The notes under the pieces: model-generated
Seen by the model: the letters and a program-made list of their open reading frames with translations, nothing else
What the model was told of the DNA's origin: nothing
Database searches by the model: none
Made by a program: the position numbers and the translations under genes
Part shown: positions 50,759 through 59,191 of the stretch, piece after piece
How positions within the stretch are numbered: the first letter of the stretch is position 1
Layout of the letters: every line of letters begins with the position of its first letter
NCBI GenBank assembly: GCA_964630485.1
Contig: CAZVUZ010000002.1
Location: 689 to 64,688, forward strand
DNA from: an uncultured Ignavibacteriales bacterium
GTDB taxonomy: Bacteria; Zixibacteria; MSB-5A5; GN15; FEB-12
DNA: 64,000 bases
Reading direction: 5' to 3'

Positions 50759-52153
50759 TTAACGGCCGACCACACCCATTCCTTTGATCACCGTATCAAG
50801 GGCCTCATCCATGGCCGTGATGATCCTGGCAGCAGCATCGTATGCATGTTGCGAGACGACCATATTGGTCATCTCTTCATCCAGGGAAACTCCCTGGACC
50901 GATTCCCGGGCGGTATCGATCTGTTGCACGAGCAACTCATAGTTGCTCGTAAACGACTGAGCTTCGCTCGATTGAATGCCCAGCGTACCCACCAGGGAGT
51001 TGTAGTAGCTGTTTATCGTTTCCGTACCATCGTTCATCATCTTCTTGTCGCGCAGGTCCTGCATAGCGAGGGCGATGGTGTTATCACCGATTTCTCCGGA
51101 GGCGGAGGCAACGATTCTCGACGGGTTGGCAGTAATTTCGGTATTGATCCTGACCGTTGACGCATCGGTATAGCGAGGATCGAAGAAATTGACGCCGGTG
51201 GAACCGTCGAGGCCGTAGCCGCTGCGGTGCAGGGCATTGACTTCGTCCACGAGCGTTTTCGTAATCGTGTTCAGCTCATCAATGTATGACGGGATAAGGT
51301 TGTCACGCGAATCCATCAGCCCCTTGAGCTGACCGTTCATGTTCTTGAAACTGAAATCCGTGCCCATCCAGACCAGATCGGTCCTGAGGGAGCCTTTATT
51401 ATTCGTCGTTTCGGCATCGATTTTCAGGGCCGTGTCGCCGTCGACCAGCACCATTCCGCCGACGTAAACGGCGATGCCGCCGTCTTTCCTGTCAACGGTG
51501 TTGACATCGACGAGAGTCGACAACTGGTCAATCAATAGATCCCTGGAGTCGCGCAGGTCGTTGGCGTTGGCCGTCCCCAGCTCACTGCGTTTGATCTGCC
51601 CGTTGAGTTTGGCAATCTCGGTCGACATCTGGTTGATTTCGCTTGTGAGCTGATTCGTGTCGGCGTCGATCGAAGTCTGCAAATCCTGCAACTGGGTGGC
51701 CATGCTGTGGAGGCCGTTAACCAGGAGATTGGCCTGCTGTAAAATCGCGGTCCGGCTGCTCGCCGAATCGGACATGGTCGAAAGGTCGGCCCAGCTATCC
51801 CAGTACTGGTTCAGCAAATCCGAGAGGGTGTTGTCATTGGGCTCACCAAAAAACGACTCGATCTGGGTCAGGGTCTTTTCTTTATAGGCCCACTGGCCGA
51901 GGGATTTGCTTTCCTGGCGAAACTGGTTGCCCAGGAAGAGGTCACGGACGGCGGTGATATCGTTGGCCTGGACACCGGTGCCGATCATCCCCTTGGTATT
52001 GTACTCGGGCAATGTCGCCGAGATGGACACGCGCTGCCGGGTATAGCCCGGAGTGTTAACATTGGCGATGTTGTGGCCGGTGGTTTGCAGAGAAACCTGG
52101 TGCGTCAACAGCGCCCGTTTGCCCAGTTCGAGGGTTTGAAATAGTCCGGCCAT
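50759..52153 (-). CDS. flgK: Flagellar hook-associated protein 1 FlgK
   Basis: N-terminus L.LGKRAL...Q..L.TTGHNIANVNTPGYTRQ. C-terminus GVSLDEEMTNMV..Q.AY.AAAR. Confidence 0.92.
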   Translation of the reverse strand: MAGLFQTLELGKRALLTHQVSLQTTGHNIANVNTPGYTRQRVSISATLPEYNTKGMIGTGVQANDITAVRDLFLGNQFRQESKSLGQWAYKEKTLTQIESFFGEPNDNTLSDLLNQYWDSWADLSTMSDSASSRTAILQQANLLVNGLHSMATQLQDLQTSIDADTNQLTSEINQMSTEIAKLNGQIKRSELGTANANDLRDSRDLLIDQLSTLVDVNTVDRKDGGIAVYVGGMVLVDGDTALKIDAETTNNKGSLRTDLVWMGTDFSFKNMNGQLKGLMDSRDNLIPSYIDELNTITKTLVDEVNALHRSGYGLDGSTGVNFFDPRYTDASTVRINTEITANPSRIVASASGEIGDNTIALAMQDLRDKKMMNDGTETINSYYNSLVGTLGIQSSEAQSFTSNYELLVQQIDTARESVQGVSLDEEMTNMVVSQHAYDAAARIITAMDEALDTVIKGMGVVGR

Positions 52154-52638
52154 TATGCCCTCCTGTCCACGGCCACGACACCATCGCAGCGACCACTGCC
52201 GCCGGCGGCGTTATACTGGCCCGAAGGGGTGTCTATTCTCGACAGCATTTCCATCATCTTGCCGATATATTCGCGGGATCGGTTTAAGAGCATGGCGTTC
52301 TGGTTGCGCACCTGCTCAATCTTGTCGTTGAGACTGTAAATCAGGTTACGCAGCCTGAGCAGCCGGTCGGCCTGGTTGGCATCAATAATCTCCAGCAGCC
52401 GGGTGACATTGAGATCGCCCTCGACGGCGTTGGTGATCTTAATCTGCTCGATAAGTTCCTCGCGTTGTTGATTTAACAAACGGCTTTCGGTCAGCTTCTC
52501 GCGCAGACCTTCCGTCACCTCGTTGAGGCCGCGGACGTCATTAGCGACCAGCAGCGACTGCTGTTTCTCTAACAATTCGAGGAAGGACTCGAAGAGTGCG
52601 GCTTCCTTGCCAATGATCTCGATTAACCGGTTTACCAT
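52153..52638 (-). CDS. flgN: Flagellar chaperone FlgN
   Basis: A 161-aa helical protein immediately upstream of flgK, with a TAATG overlap. It shows the FlgN-like pattern E..L...LLELLEKQQ..L. Confidence 0.7.
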   Translation of the reverse strand: MVNRLIEIIGKEAALFESFLELLEKQQSLLVANDVRGLNEVTEGLREKLTESRLLNQQREELIEQIKITNAVEGDLNVTRLLEIIDANQADRLLRLRNLIYSLNDKIEQVRNQNAMLLNRSREYIGKMMEMLSRIDTPSGQYNAAGGSGRCDGVVAVDRRA

Positions 52639-52681
52639 TTCCTATCCCAGTCTTATTCGTATCAGTTCTATCGACTTAAAG

Positions 52682-53623
52682 CTATCGTACTTTAGCTTCA
52701 TTGCCGGTCTTCGCATCGTGCAGGGCCCGCATGGTGTCCATCACCTTGCCGACATACTGCTCTGTCTCTTCGAATGGCGGGATGCCGTTATATCGTTTCA
52801 CATTCCCCGGCCCGGCATTGTAAGCCGCCAGGGCAAGTTTCAGGTCGCCAAAGCGATCTTTTAAATCTTTCAGGTATTGACTTCCGGCGCGGATATTCTG
52901 GGCCGGGTCGAAAACGTCGGTCACCTTGTAGTCGGTGGCAGTGGAGTCGGCCAGTTGCATCAGTCCCTTGGCTCCTTTGTGCGAGACAGCTTTGGGATCG
53001 CCCGCCGATTCGGTCTTTATTATGGCGACCAAAAGCGCCGGATCGAGTTTAGCCGCGCGAGCCGAGGCATAGATCTGCTCGCCATATTCTTCAAGGATAC
53101 TATTGTCACCGACGGAGAGGGCGTGCCGATTGATCTGCATCGGCCGTCTTTCAACGGGCGCGATCCTGAACACCCGCCCCGTTTGACTTATCGAGGTAAA
53201 CCCGTCGGGGTCGAGAATCAGGGGCCCGGCCGGTGCCGAGTGCAAAGGTTTCAAATCTACCTCTCCCGAGCGTTCGCCGTACTGCGCTTCAACCAGCCCC
53301 TCCATCGAGCGATAGAGCATATCGGAGATGGAGTTGTCCTTGCCGCTGGTAATATTTCGAGCCAGTTCCATGTCGAACATATCCGTGTAGATGTCCTTGC
53401 CGGAGCTGGCATTGAGCGGGGCGCCTTCGGCGAGACCGGTCTCCGGTACCGTTTTGCGCATGGCTTTCAGCATGGAATGGGTAAAGAACGACTCAAACTC
53501 GCGGGTTACGCGGCGCAGGCGATCCTTGGCGGATGCCAGCGTCTCTTCCCCATGGCTTCGCAGACGCTCGATATCGGCATTGGGCAAAGCCGCCCCCGCC
53601 GGTTTGAAGGTCACGTTCGACAT
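52682..53623 (-). CDS. flgJ: FlgJ-type rod-binding domain fused to an SLT lytic transglycosylase
   Basis: The N-terminal rod-binding motif is EFESFFTHSMLKAMRKT. The C-terminal SLT motifs are IIKTESAGDPKAVSHKGAKGLMQL and AAYNAGPGNV. Confidence 0.8.
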   Translation of the reverse strand: MSNVTFKPAGAALPNADIERLRSHGEETLASAKDRLRRVTREFESFFTHSMLKAMRKTVPETGLAEGAPLNASSGKDIYTDMFDMELARNITSGKDNSISDMLYRSMEGLVEAQYGERSGEVDLKPLHSAPAGPLILDPDGFTSISQTGRVFRIAPVERRPMQINRHALSVGDNSILEEYGEQIYASARAAKLDPALLVAIIKTESAGDPKAVSHKGAKGLMQLADSTATDYKVTDVFDPAQNIRAGSQYLKDLKDRFGDLKLALAAYNAGPGNVKRYNGIPPFEETEQYVGKVMDTMRALHDAKTGNEAKVR

Positions 53624-54759
53624 TACAATATCACCAGCTCCGATCTCAGCGCGCCCGCCTGCTTGAGGGCTTGGAAAATCGCTATGATATCGCGCGGGGT
53701 GGCGCCGATTCGGTTCAAAGCTTTGGTTATGTCACCAAGATGCACGGCCCCCTTGATATGCGTTACGCGGGCCGGCTCGGTGTTTACATTCACGCGGGAT
53801 TGCTGAGTCACTACCGTCTCTCCCCCGCTGTAAGGCATGGGTTGCGAGATAATCGGCGTCGACTGAATACTCACCGTGATGGTGCCGTGCGCAATTGCGA
53901 CCGGCTCGATAGTAACGTGCTGACCGGCCACAATAGTGCCGGTTTTCTCGTTAATGACAACCCGGGCGGTGGCATCCGGGACCACCTGCAGCTGACCGAT
54001 ATCGGCCACGAAGCGGATTCGCGTCGAGGGATAGGCCAGGGAATCGGGGATTACGACATTGACCGTGCCGGCATCGACGGCGAAGGCCGTCAGGCCGTAC
54101 TTGATATTTATTCGTTCGGCAATGCGGTGGGCGGTGGTGTAATCCGGGTCGAGCAAAGCCAGTCTTATATTGTGGTCGTCGGCCGGCTGATCGGCCAACG
54201 GCGCGGTGACTCGCGCTCCGCCGGGCACCCGCCCGACGAGAGTGTAGTTTTCGACAATTTTATTGCCGTCATCGACCTGGACGTTGAAACCGCCAATAGA
54301 CACCGGACCCTGGGCCGTTGCCCGGACGGTCCCGTCGGGATCGGAAAGCGGCGTCAGGAGCAGGGTGCCGCCCTGCAGCGATGAAGCATCGCCGACACTC
54401 GAAACCGTAACATCAAGAGTGGCGCCGCTGGTGTAGTGGCTTGATACTTTCGCGGTCACCATGACCGCCGCAACGTTCTTTGTCTTGACCTTGCTTTTGT
54501 CAACGGTCAGTCCCATCCGCTCCATCATATTCGTCAGCGACTGGACGGTGAACTGGGTGCCGGTGCCGTCACCAGTACCGTCGAGACCGACAACGAGGCC
54601 GTAGCCGATCAAGTCGACCTGCTGCATGTTCTGGAACGAGCAGATATCCTTAACGCGCACCTTGGCGGCGTCGGCGGGAACCCACAAAGCCACCATTATG
54701 GTCATGAGAATGACCAGCAGCGTCGGGGTCGATATCCGCGTATTAAACAAAAACGGCAT
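53623..54759 (-). CDS. flgI: Flagellar P-ring protein FlgI
   Basis: RVKDI......Q..L.GYGLVVGL.GTGD. C-terminus V...L..LG..P.D.I.I.QALK.AGAL.AEL.. Confidence 0.95.
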   Translation of the reverse strand: MPFLFNTRISTPTLLVILMTIMVALWVPADAAKVRVKDICSFQNMQQVDLIGYGLVVGLDGTGDGTGTQFTVQSLTNMMERMGLTVDKSKVKTKNVAAVMVTAKVSSHYTSGATLDVTVSSVGDASSLQGGTLLLTPLSDPDGTVRATAQGPVSIGGFNVQVDDGNKIVENYTLVGRVPGGARVTAPLADQPADDHNIRLALLDPDYTTAHRIAERINIKYGLTAFAVDAGTVNVVIPDSLAYPSTRIRFVADIGQLQVVPDATARVVINEKTGTIVAGQHVTIEPVAIAHGTITVSIQSTPIISQPMPYSGGETVVTQQSRVNVNTEPARVTHIKGAVHLGDITKALNRIGATPRDIIAIFQALKQAGALRSELVIL

Positions 54760-54769
54760 AGCTACCCCC

Positions 54770-55357
54770 TTAGAAGAGCCAGTTGATCAGTCGCGTAATG
54801 AAACCCGGGCGAGCGCCGGTTGAGGCCGCTCCCTTACCGGTGTAATGAATCTCGGCATCGGCTATTAAATAGGAATCGATAGTGTTCTGCGGGCTGATGT
54901 CTCGTTGCCGGGCCACTCCGGTGAGCTTGAGAACTTCCCGGTCGCCGGAGATCCCAACCGTGCGGGCGCCCTCGATAACCAGGTCGCCGTTGGGCTTAAC
55001 GCCCACCACCGTCACCGACATCTTGGCCCGGAGACTTCCGTTGCGCAGGTTCTCTCCCTTACCGTCATGGCTGTGTTGGGCCGATCCTTCGGCTCCGAAC
55101 AACGGGATAAAATCAAGCGGACCGATTCCGGGGCCGCCGGAGGCGGAGAAATCGGTGCTCTTTTCGGTCGATGTTTCCACCTGCTGGGTGGCCTGACTCT
55201 GCTCATAAATGAGTACCGTCAGAATATCACCAACCTGGTTGGCCTTGATATCCGAGAACAATGACTGGGCCTGTCCGAAGTTCTGGCCTTTGACCTTGAT
55301 GGCAAAGGGCACGAGCAGCAGGACCAGGAGTATTAAGATTACCTTCCGATAGTTCAT
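54770..55357 (-). CDS. flgH: Flagellar L-ring protein FlgH (no cysteine)
   Basis: SLFSD.KA..VGDILTV.I.E. and the core L.A.....V..V.PNG.L.I.G.R.......E.....GV.R..DI...N.I.S..IA.A.I.Y.G.G. There is a signal peptide but no lipobox Cys. Confidence 0.9.
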   Translation of the reverse strand: MNYRKVILILLVLLLVPFAIKVKGQNFGQAQSLFSDIKANQVGDILTVLIYEQSQATQQVETSTEKSTDFSASGGPGIGPLDFIPLFGAEGSAQHSHDGKGENLRNGSLRAKMSVTVVGVKPNGDLVIEGARTVGISGDREVLKLTGVARQRDISPQNTIDSYLIADAEIHYTGKGAASTGARPGFITRLINWLF

Positions 55358-55381
55358 CTTTTTACCTCTCGGTTAGAGCAA

Positions 55382-56077
55382 TTACGGATCGATCGCCACC
55401 GCCGTCTGGTCCACCACACGGGCAATGACAATTTTTCGCGATCCCTTGTTTTTCACTTTGACATATTCGCCGGCCATGCCGGCCTGCAGAGCCGTTCCTT
55501 CGGCCGTTACCCGGCAGAGGCCGTCGTCGTAGACAATGGTCACATCCCGGCCGACTTCGACATCGGGGACGGGTTCCACGTCGCCGGAGGTCAGGATCGA
55601 TCCGCGGCGCAGATTGCGACGTGCCCGCAGGCCCTCGAGTTCGGCCACGGACAGAAGCGGCAGTTCGTGCAAATCGGTAACATCCATGCGGCGTAGCGCC
55701 ACCTTGTCGAACGAAAGCTCATCGCCGCGACCGATTCGGTCGAGCGACACCAGGACCTCCCGGAACTTTCTGATTCTCAGACGCACCTGGTCGCTCTCGA
55801 CCATCCGGCCGTCCTTCATGACACTGACCTTGACGGAATAGAGTCCGAGAGGCTGTTTCTGCGTCATGGGTGTCAGCGACAGGTCTTCCAGATCGACCTC
55901 GGTAGACTTGAGGCGGTTGGAGACCAGTTCGAAGCGGTAGTTGGCCGTATCCAGGTCGAACAGCTCGGCCATGCGGATACAAATGGCATCGTCAAGCGCA
56001 ACGGCGCCGGCGGGGGCCGGAGTCATCAGCCAAACGAAGGCAATGGCGCAAACAACTGTTATGATTCTGGCAAACAT
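55382..56077 (-). CDS. flgA: Flagellar P-ring assembly chaperone FlgA
   Basis: Signal peptide, a SAF-like region, and the C-terminal A..AG..GE.V.V.N..S.K...A.V. Confidence 0.85.
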   Translation of the reverse strand: MFARIITVVCAIAFVWLMTPAPAGAVALDDAICIRMAELFDLDTANYRFELVSNRLKSTEVDLEDLSLTPMTQKQPLGLYSVKVSVMKDGRMVESDQVRLRIRKFREVLVSLDRIGRGDELSFDKVALRRMDVTDLHELPLLSVAELEGLRARRNLRRGSILTSGDVEPVPDVEVGRDVTIVYDDGLCRVTAEGTALQAGMAGEYVKVKNKGSRKIVIARVVDQTAVAIDP

Positions 56078-56080
56078 GAT

Positions 56081-56869
56081 TTATCTCTTAAGGTTGTTGG
56101 CGACGCCGGCCATATCGTCGGCCGTCTGGATCGCCTTGGAGTTCATTTCATAAGCCCGCTGGGCGACGATCATATTGACCATCTCATCAACGACCTCGAC
56201 ATTGGACATTTCCAGGTATCCCTGGTCAAGCTGTCCCATGCCGCCCTGGGTCGGGATGTCCGTGATGGGATCACCCGAGGCTCCGGTGGCTACGTAGAGG
56301 TTGCGGCCGATGGCCGAGAGACCGGCCGGGTTGACAAAGCGGGCCAATTCTATCTGCCCCACATCCACGGGGGTATCATCGCCATAAAGCAGGACCTGGA
56401 TGGTGCCGTCGGTCCCGACCGAGACGCTGGTCGCATCTGTGGGGATGGAAATTTCCGGCTGCAGGAAGAAGCCGTCGGCGTTGACCACCTGGCCTTCGGC
56501 CGAGAGCTTGAAACCCCCGTCGCGTGAATAAACCGTCGAACCGTCGGGGTACTGAATCTGGAAGAAGCCGTCACCGGAGATGGCCAGGTCCAGGGGGTTG
56601 CCCGTCGAGGACAGACTGCCCTCGGTGAACTGCCTCACCGTCGAAACGGCCTTGGTGCCGTAACCGATGGCCAACTCGTTGGGCACTTCGGCGCCAACCG
56701 CGGTGGCGGTGCCGGCCCGACGATAGTTCTGGTAGAGGACGTCCTGGAACTCAACCCGGCTCTTTTTGAACCCGGCCGTGTTGATATTCGACAGGTTGTT
56801 GGCAATGTTATCGACGTTCATCTGCTGGCCGATCATGCCCGAGGCGGCGGTCCGCATCGCTTTGAGCAT
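56081..56869 (-). CDS. flgG: Flagellar distal rod protein FlgG
   Basis: MLKAMRTAASGM.GQQ...D.IANNL.N.NT.GFK. C-terminus LE.SNV....EM..MI.AQRAYE.N.K. Confidence 0.92.
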   Translation of the reverse strand: MLKAMRTAASGMIGQQMNVDNIANNLSNINTAGFKKSRVEFQDVLYQNYRRAGTATAVGAEVPNELAIGYGTKAVSTVRQFTEGSLSSTGNPLDLAISGDGFFQIQYPDGSTVYSRDGGFKLSAEGQVVNADGFFLQPEISIPTDATSVSVGTDGTIQVLLYGDDTPVDVGQIELARFVNPAGLSAIGRNLYVATGASGDPITDIPTQGGMGQLDQGYLEMSNVEVVDEMVNMIVAQRAYEMNSKAIQTADDMAGVANNLKR

Positions 56870-56896
56870 ATTAGCCTCCTATGCAAAAATACATTT

Positions 56897-57628
56897 TTAG
56901 CTCTTCTCTCCCACCCGGTTGAAGAGGTTATCAAGGGACTGGTCCTGGGTCTGGACCGCCTTGGAATTGGCCTCGTAAGCGCGGTAGGATGCGATCATGT
57001 CGATCATCTCACGCACAATGTCGACGTTGGAGGTCTCCAGGTAACCCTGGCGGATGGTGGCGTTTTCGACCGTGATCAGTTCGACTCCTTCGGGAACGAC
57101 GAAAGTGGAACTACCGGCTTTTTCAAGCTGATCGAGATTGGCTACTGTACGCGGGACGATCCGGGCCGCGACAACACCGTCGACCTGGATTTCTCCGATC
57201 TGCGAAACCGTAACCTGACCGTCACCGACCTCAATCGGTCCGCCTTCACCCATAACAGGGACGCCGCCGGGATAAACCAGCAGGCCGTCGGCGTTGACCG
57301 TAAAGGAACCGGAACGGGTCAGAAGCGTCATACCGTCTCCCCCGTCGAGCGTGAAGAAGCCATCGCCTTCAATGGCCATATCGAGCGAGTTGCCGGTGTG
57401 ATCGAAAATCCCCGGAGTGTAGTCGGTGTAAATCTGATCGACCAGGGGTGTTTCCCAGTCCGATTTACGTGCCGACAGACTCTTCTCCGCCCGCGACAGC
57501 TCGCGGGTGAAGATCTCGTCCTTTTTGAAACCGGGGCTGGAGGCATTCGCCAGGTTGTTGGCGGCCGTCTCCTGCTTCTTAATGTGGGGCAACATGCCCG
57601 ACGCGGATGTATAAAGTCCCTTTATCAT
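56897..57628 (-). CDS. flgF: Flagellar proximal rod protein FlgF
   Basis: MIKGLYTSASGM...... with GGAGG 5 nt upstream of ATG 57628. The track start at 57646 has no SD. The C-terminus is LE.SNV....EM..MI...RAYEAN.K. Confidence 0.8.
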   Translation of the reverse strand: MIKGLYTSASGMLPHIKKQETAANNLANASSPGFKKDEIFTRELSRAEKSLSARKSDWETPLVDQIYTDYTPGIFDHTGNSLDMAIEGDGFFTLDGGDGMTLLTRSGSFTVNADGLLVYPGGVPVMGEGGPIEVGDGQVTVSQIGEIQVDGVVAARIVPRTVANLDQLEKAGSSTFVVPEGVELITVENATIRQGYLETSNVDIVREMIDMIASYRAYEANSKAVQTQDQSLDNLFNRVGEKS

Positions 57629-57649
57629 ACTTTCCTCCGGTCTCATATA

Positions 57650-57664
57650 AGCAGGGACCGTGCC
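57650..57664 (-). promoter_or_regulatory. Candidate sigma-54 (-24/-12) promoter upstream of flgF
   Basis: The minus strand reads cGGCACGgtccCTGCT with exact GG-N10-GC spacing, against the consensus TGGCACG-N4-TTGCW. The -12 element is only about 20 nt from the ATG, so the leader would be very short. Confidence 0.4.
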
Positions 57665-57842
57665 GGAAACCCTTCCGCATAGCTAAGCGTCTGTTGTAAA
57701 TACACTTACAGGAGTCGAGAGGACCCTATCAAAGGGCCTGTAAGGGCCGAAATGGGAAGCTTTTGTCGGGCGTCGGAAGAAAAATTTTCTCCCGGTCGCT
57801 GACTTGACTGACTATTGAAGAATTGTGAAAAACACGCGGTAC

Positions 57843-58154
57843 TTACGGCACCTCGTATTTGGCAAGGGTCTGGTTTATCAGCTTATCCATAGCTTCGTTG
57901 AAGCGTTCTTCCGTGCAGTATTCGCCATTCGACTTCTGGTACAGGGGACAATCCGTCTTGTAACCGAAACATTTCAGTTCGCTGGCGAGGTAGCAAGCCT
58001 TGACGTAGGCGCAACGTTCTACTTTCAATCGGGTGTCATTGGTGCTCATGGTGAAGTAATCGGCAAAACCACGAGAAAATGAAGATTCTTCTGGTTTGAT
58101 TCCGTTATCCTGCTCCGGGTCCCGACTTTTCCCTTCCTTTGCAGTATTTTGCAC
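57843..58154 (-). CDS. Small cysteine-rich hypothetical protein
   Basis: A 103-codon frame with a GTG start and no SD. It may instead start at the internal ATG (MSTNDTRLKVER...), giving 68 aa. The cysteine pattern is C-x5-C-x8-C-x6-C-x10-C. Codon usage is coding-like. Confidence 0.35.
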   Translation of the reverse strand: MQNTAKEGKSRDPEQDNGIKPEESSFSRGFADYFTMSTNDTRLKVERCAYVKACYLASELKCFGYKTDCPLYQKSNGEYCTEERFNEAMDKLINQTLAKYEVP

Positions 58155-58325
58155 AGTTTGTCGGAACCCAGAAACATGTTGCCTTTATGGCGATCGCTAC
58201 GTATATTATGACGAGTCGAAGAGAAGCTATTTCACATACTTACGAAGGTGTACTTACTAGCGCATTTACTGCTAATTTCGCACAGATTTTGCTTTATCGT
58301 TCGACAAAGTAAAAGAGGAAAGAAC

Positions 58326-59090
58326 ATGCGCAATCGTATTACGACTTTGCCAGCCCTGTTGGCCATGGCAGTTACGTTGTTGTTGGTGCCAATGTCACTA
58401 ACAGCCCAGATGACCGATCCGAACAGCCCCGATACCGTATTCATCGAGGATGTCGAAGCTTTCTCGGGTGGAAGCGGTGTCGTGCCGGTGTATTTCAGCA
58501 ACGATGAATCGCTGGCCGGCATTGAGATTACGCTCCGGTACAACAGCCCGGACATCAATATCGATTCATTCTCCTTCGAGGATTCGCGTCTGGAAGGGTT
58601 TGCGGCCGCCGGATGGGCAACGCGCTCCGACGGCATCTCTATCTATTGCATCGCTTACGAGAACCTGATCCCGGCGGGAAGCGGTCTGCTGGGTACGCTC
58701 CATATGGGTTACCTCTCCACGATATCCCCGCAGGTCGTCACCATTGATTCGCTGACGATCGAAGATAATCAGGTGATGTACTCGACGCTGTTTTCTGACG
58801 CTTTCGCCCGGCAGTTTGCGCCACAATTCGATGGCGGCACCCTGACTATCCTGGCCGGCGGATGTTGCCTGGGTGACCGGGGCAATATCGACGACTCCGC
58901 GGATGATGCCCTTGATATTTCGGATCTGATCTATCTCGTAGATTACATGTTTACCCAGGGACCGGCGCCGGTGTGTACTGACGAAGCTGACCTTAACAGC
59001 AGTAATGACGGCATCATCGACATCAGCGACCTGATCTACCTCGTCGACTATATGTTCACCGAGGGTCCTCCCCCGCCCCCGTGCTACTAG
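58326..59090 (+). CDS. Secreted protein with a cohesin-like N-domain and a duplicated dockerin-like C-terminal module
   Basis: It starts at ATG 58326 (AGAGGAAAGAAC upstream; the track start at 58248 is unlikely). The signal peptide is MRNRITTLPALLAMAVTLLLVPMSLTAQ. A cohesin-like segment (VVPVYFSNDESLAGIEITLRYNSP) follows. Two EF-hand-like repeats end in the identical DISDLIYLVDYMF. Confidence 0.75.
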   Translation: MRNRITTLPALLAMAVTLLLVPMSLTAQMTDPNSPDTVFIEDVEAFSGGSGVVPVYFSNDESLAGIEITLRYNSPDINIDSFSFEDSRLEGFAAAGWATRSDGISIYCIAYENLIPAGSGLLGTLHMGYLSTISPQVVTIDSLTIEDNQVMYSTLFSDAFARQFAPQFDGGTLTILAGGCCLGDRGNIDDSADDALDISDLIYLVDYMFTQGPAPVCTDEADLNSSNDGIIDISDLIYLVDYMFTEGPPPPPCY

Positions 59091-59142
59091 GTGTCTGAAT
59101 CCGACCAGCCTTAACAGGCCGGTTAATATCGAATATGCAGAA

Positions 59143-59163
59143 GGCCTCCCGAATCGGGAGGCC
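59143..59163. terminator. Bidirectional stem-loop between convergent genes
   Basis: GGCCTCCC, loop GAAT (imperfect), CGGGAGGCC. It is flanked by TTTTCT on the plus side and lies between the 59090 stop (+) and the fliJ stop at 59192 (-). Confidence 0.6.
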
Positions 59164-59191
59164 TTTTCTGCGATTGGCGCGGGCGTGAAAA

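Noticed and set aside
52639-52681. Sigma-28-like TAAG-N15-ACGAATAA upstream of flgN
   Set aside because: The -10 half departs from GCCGATAA at several core positions, including the conserved CGA register. I judge it a chance match.
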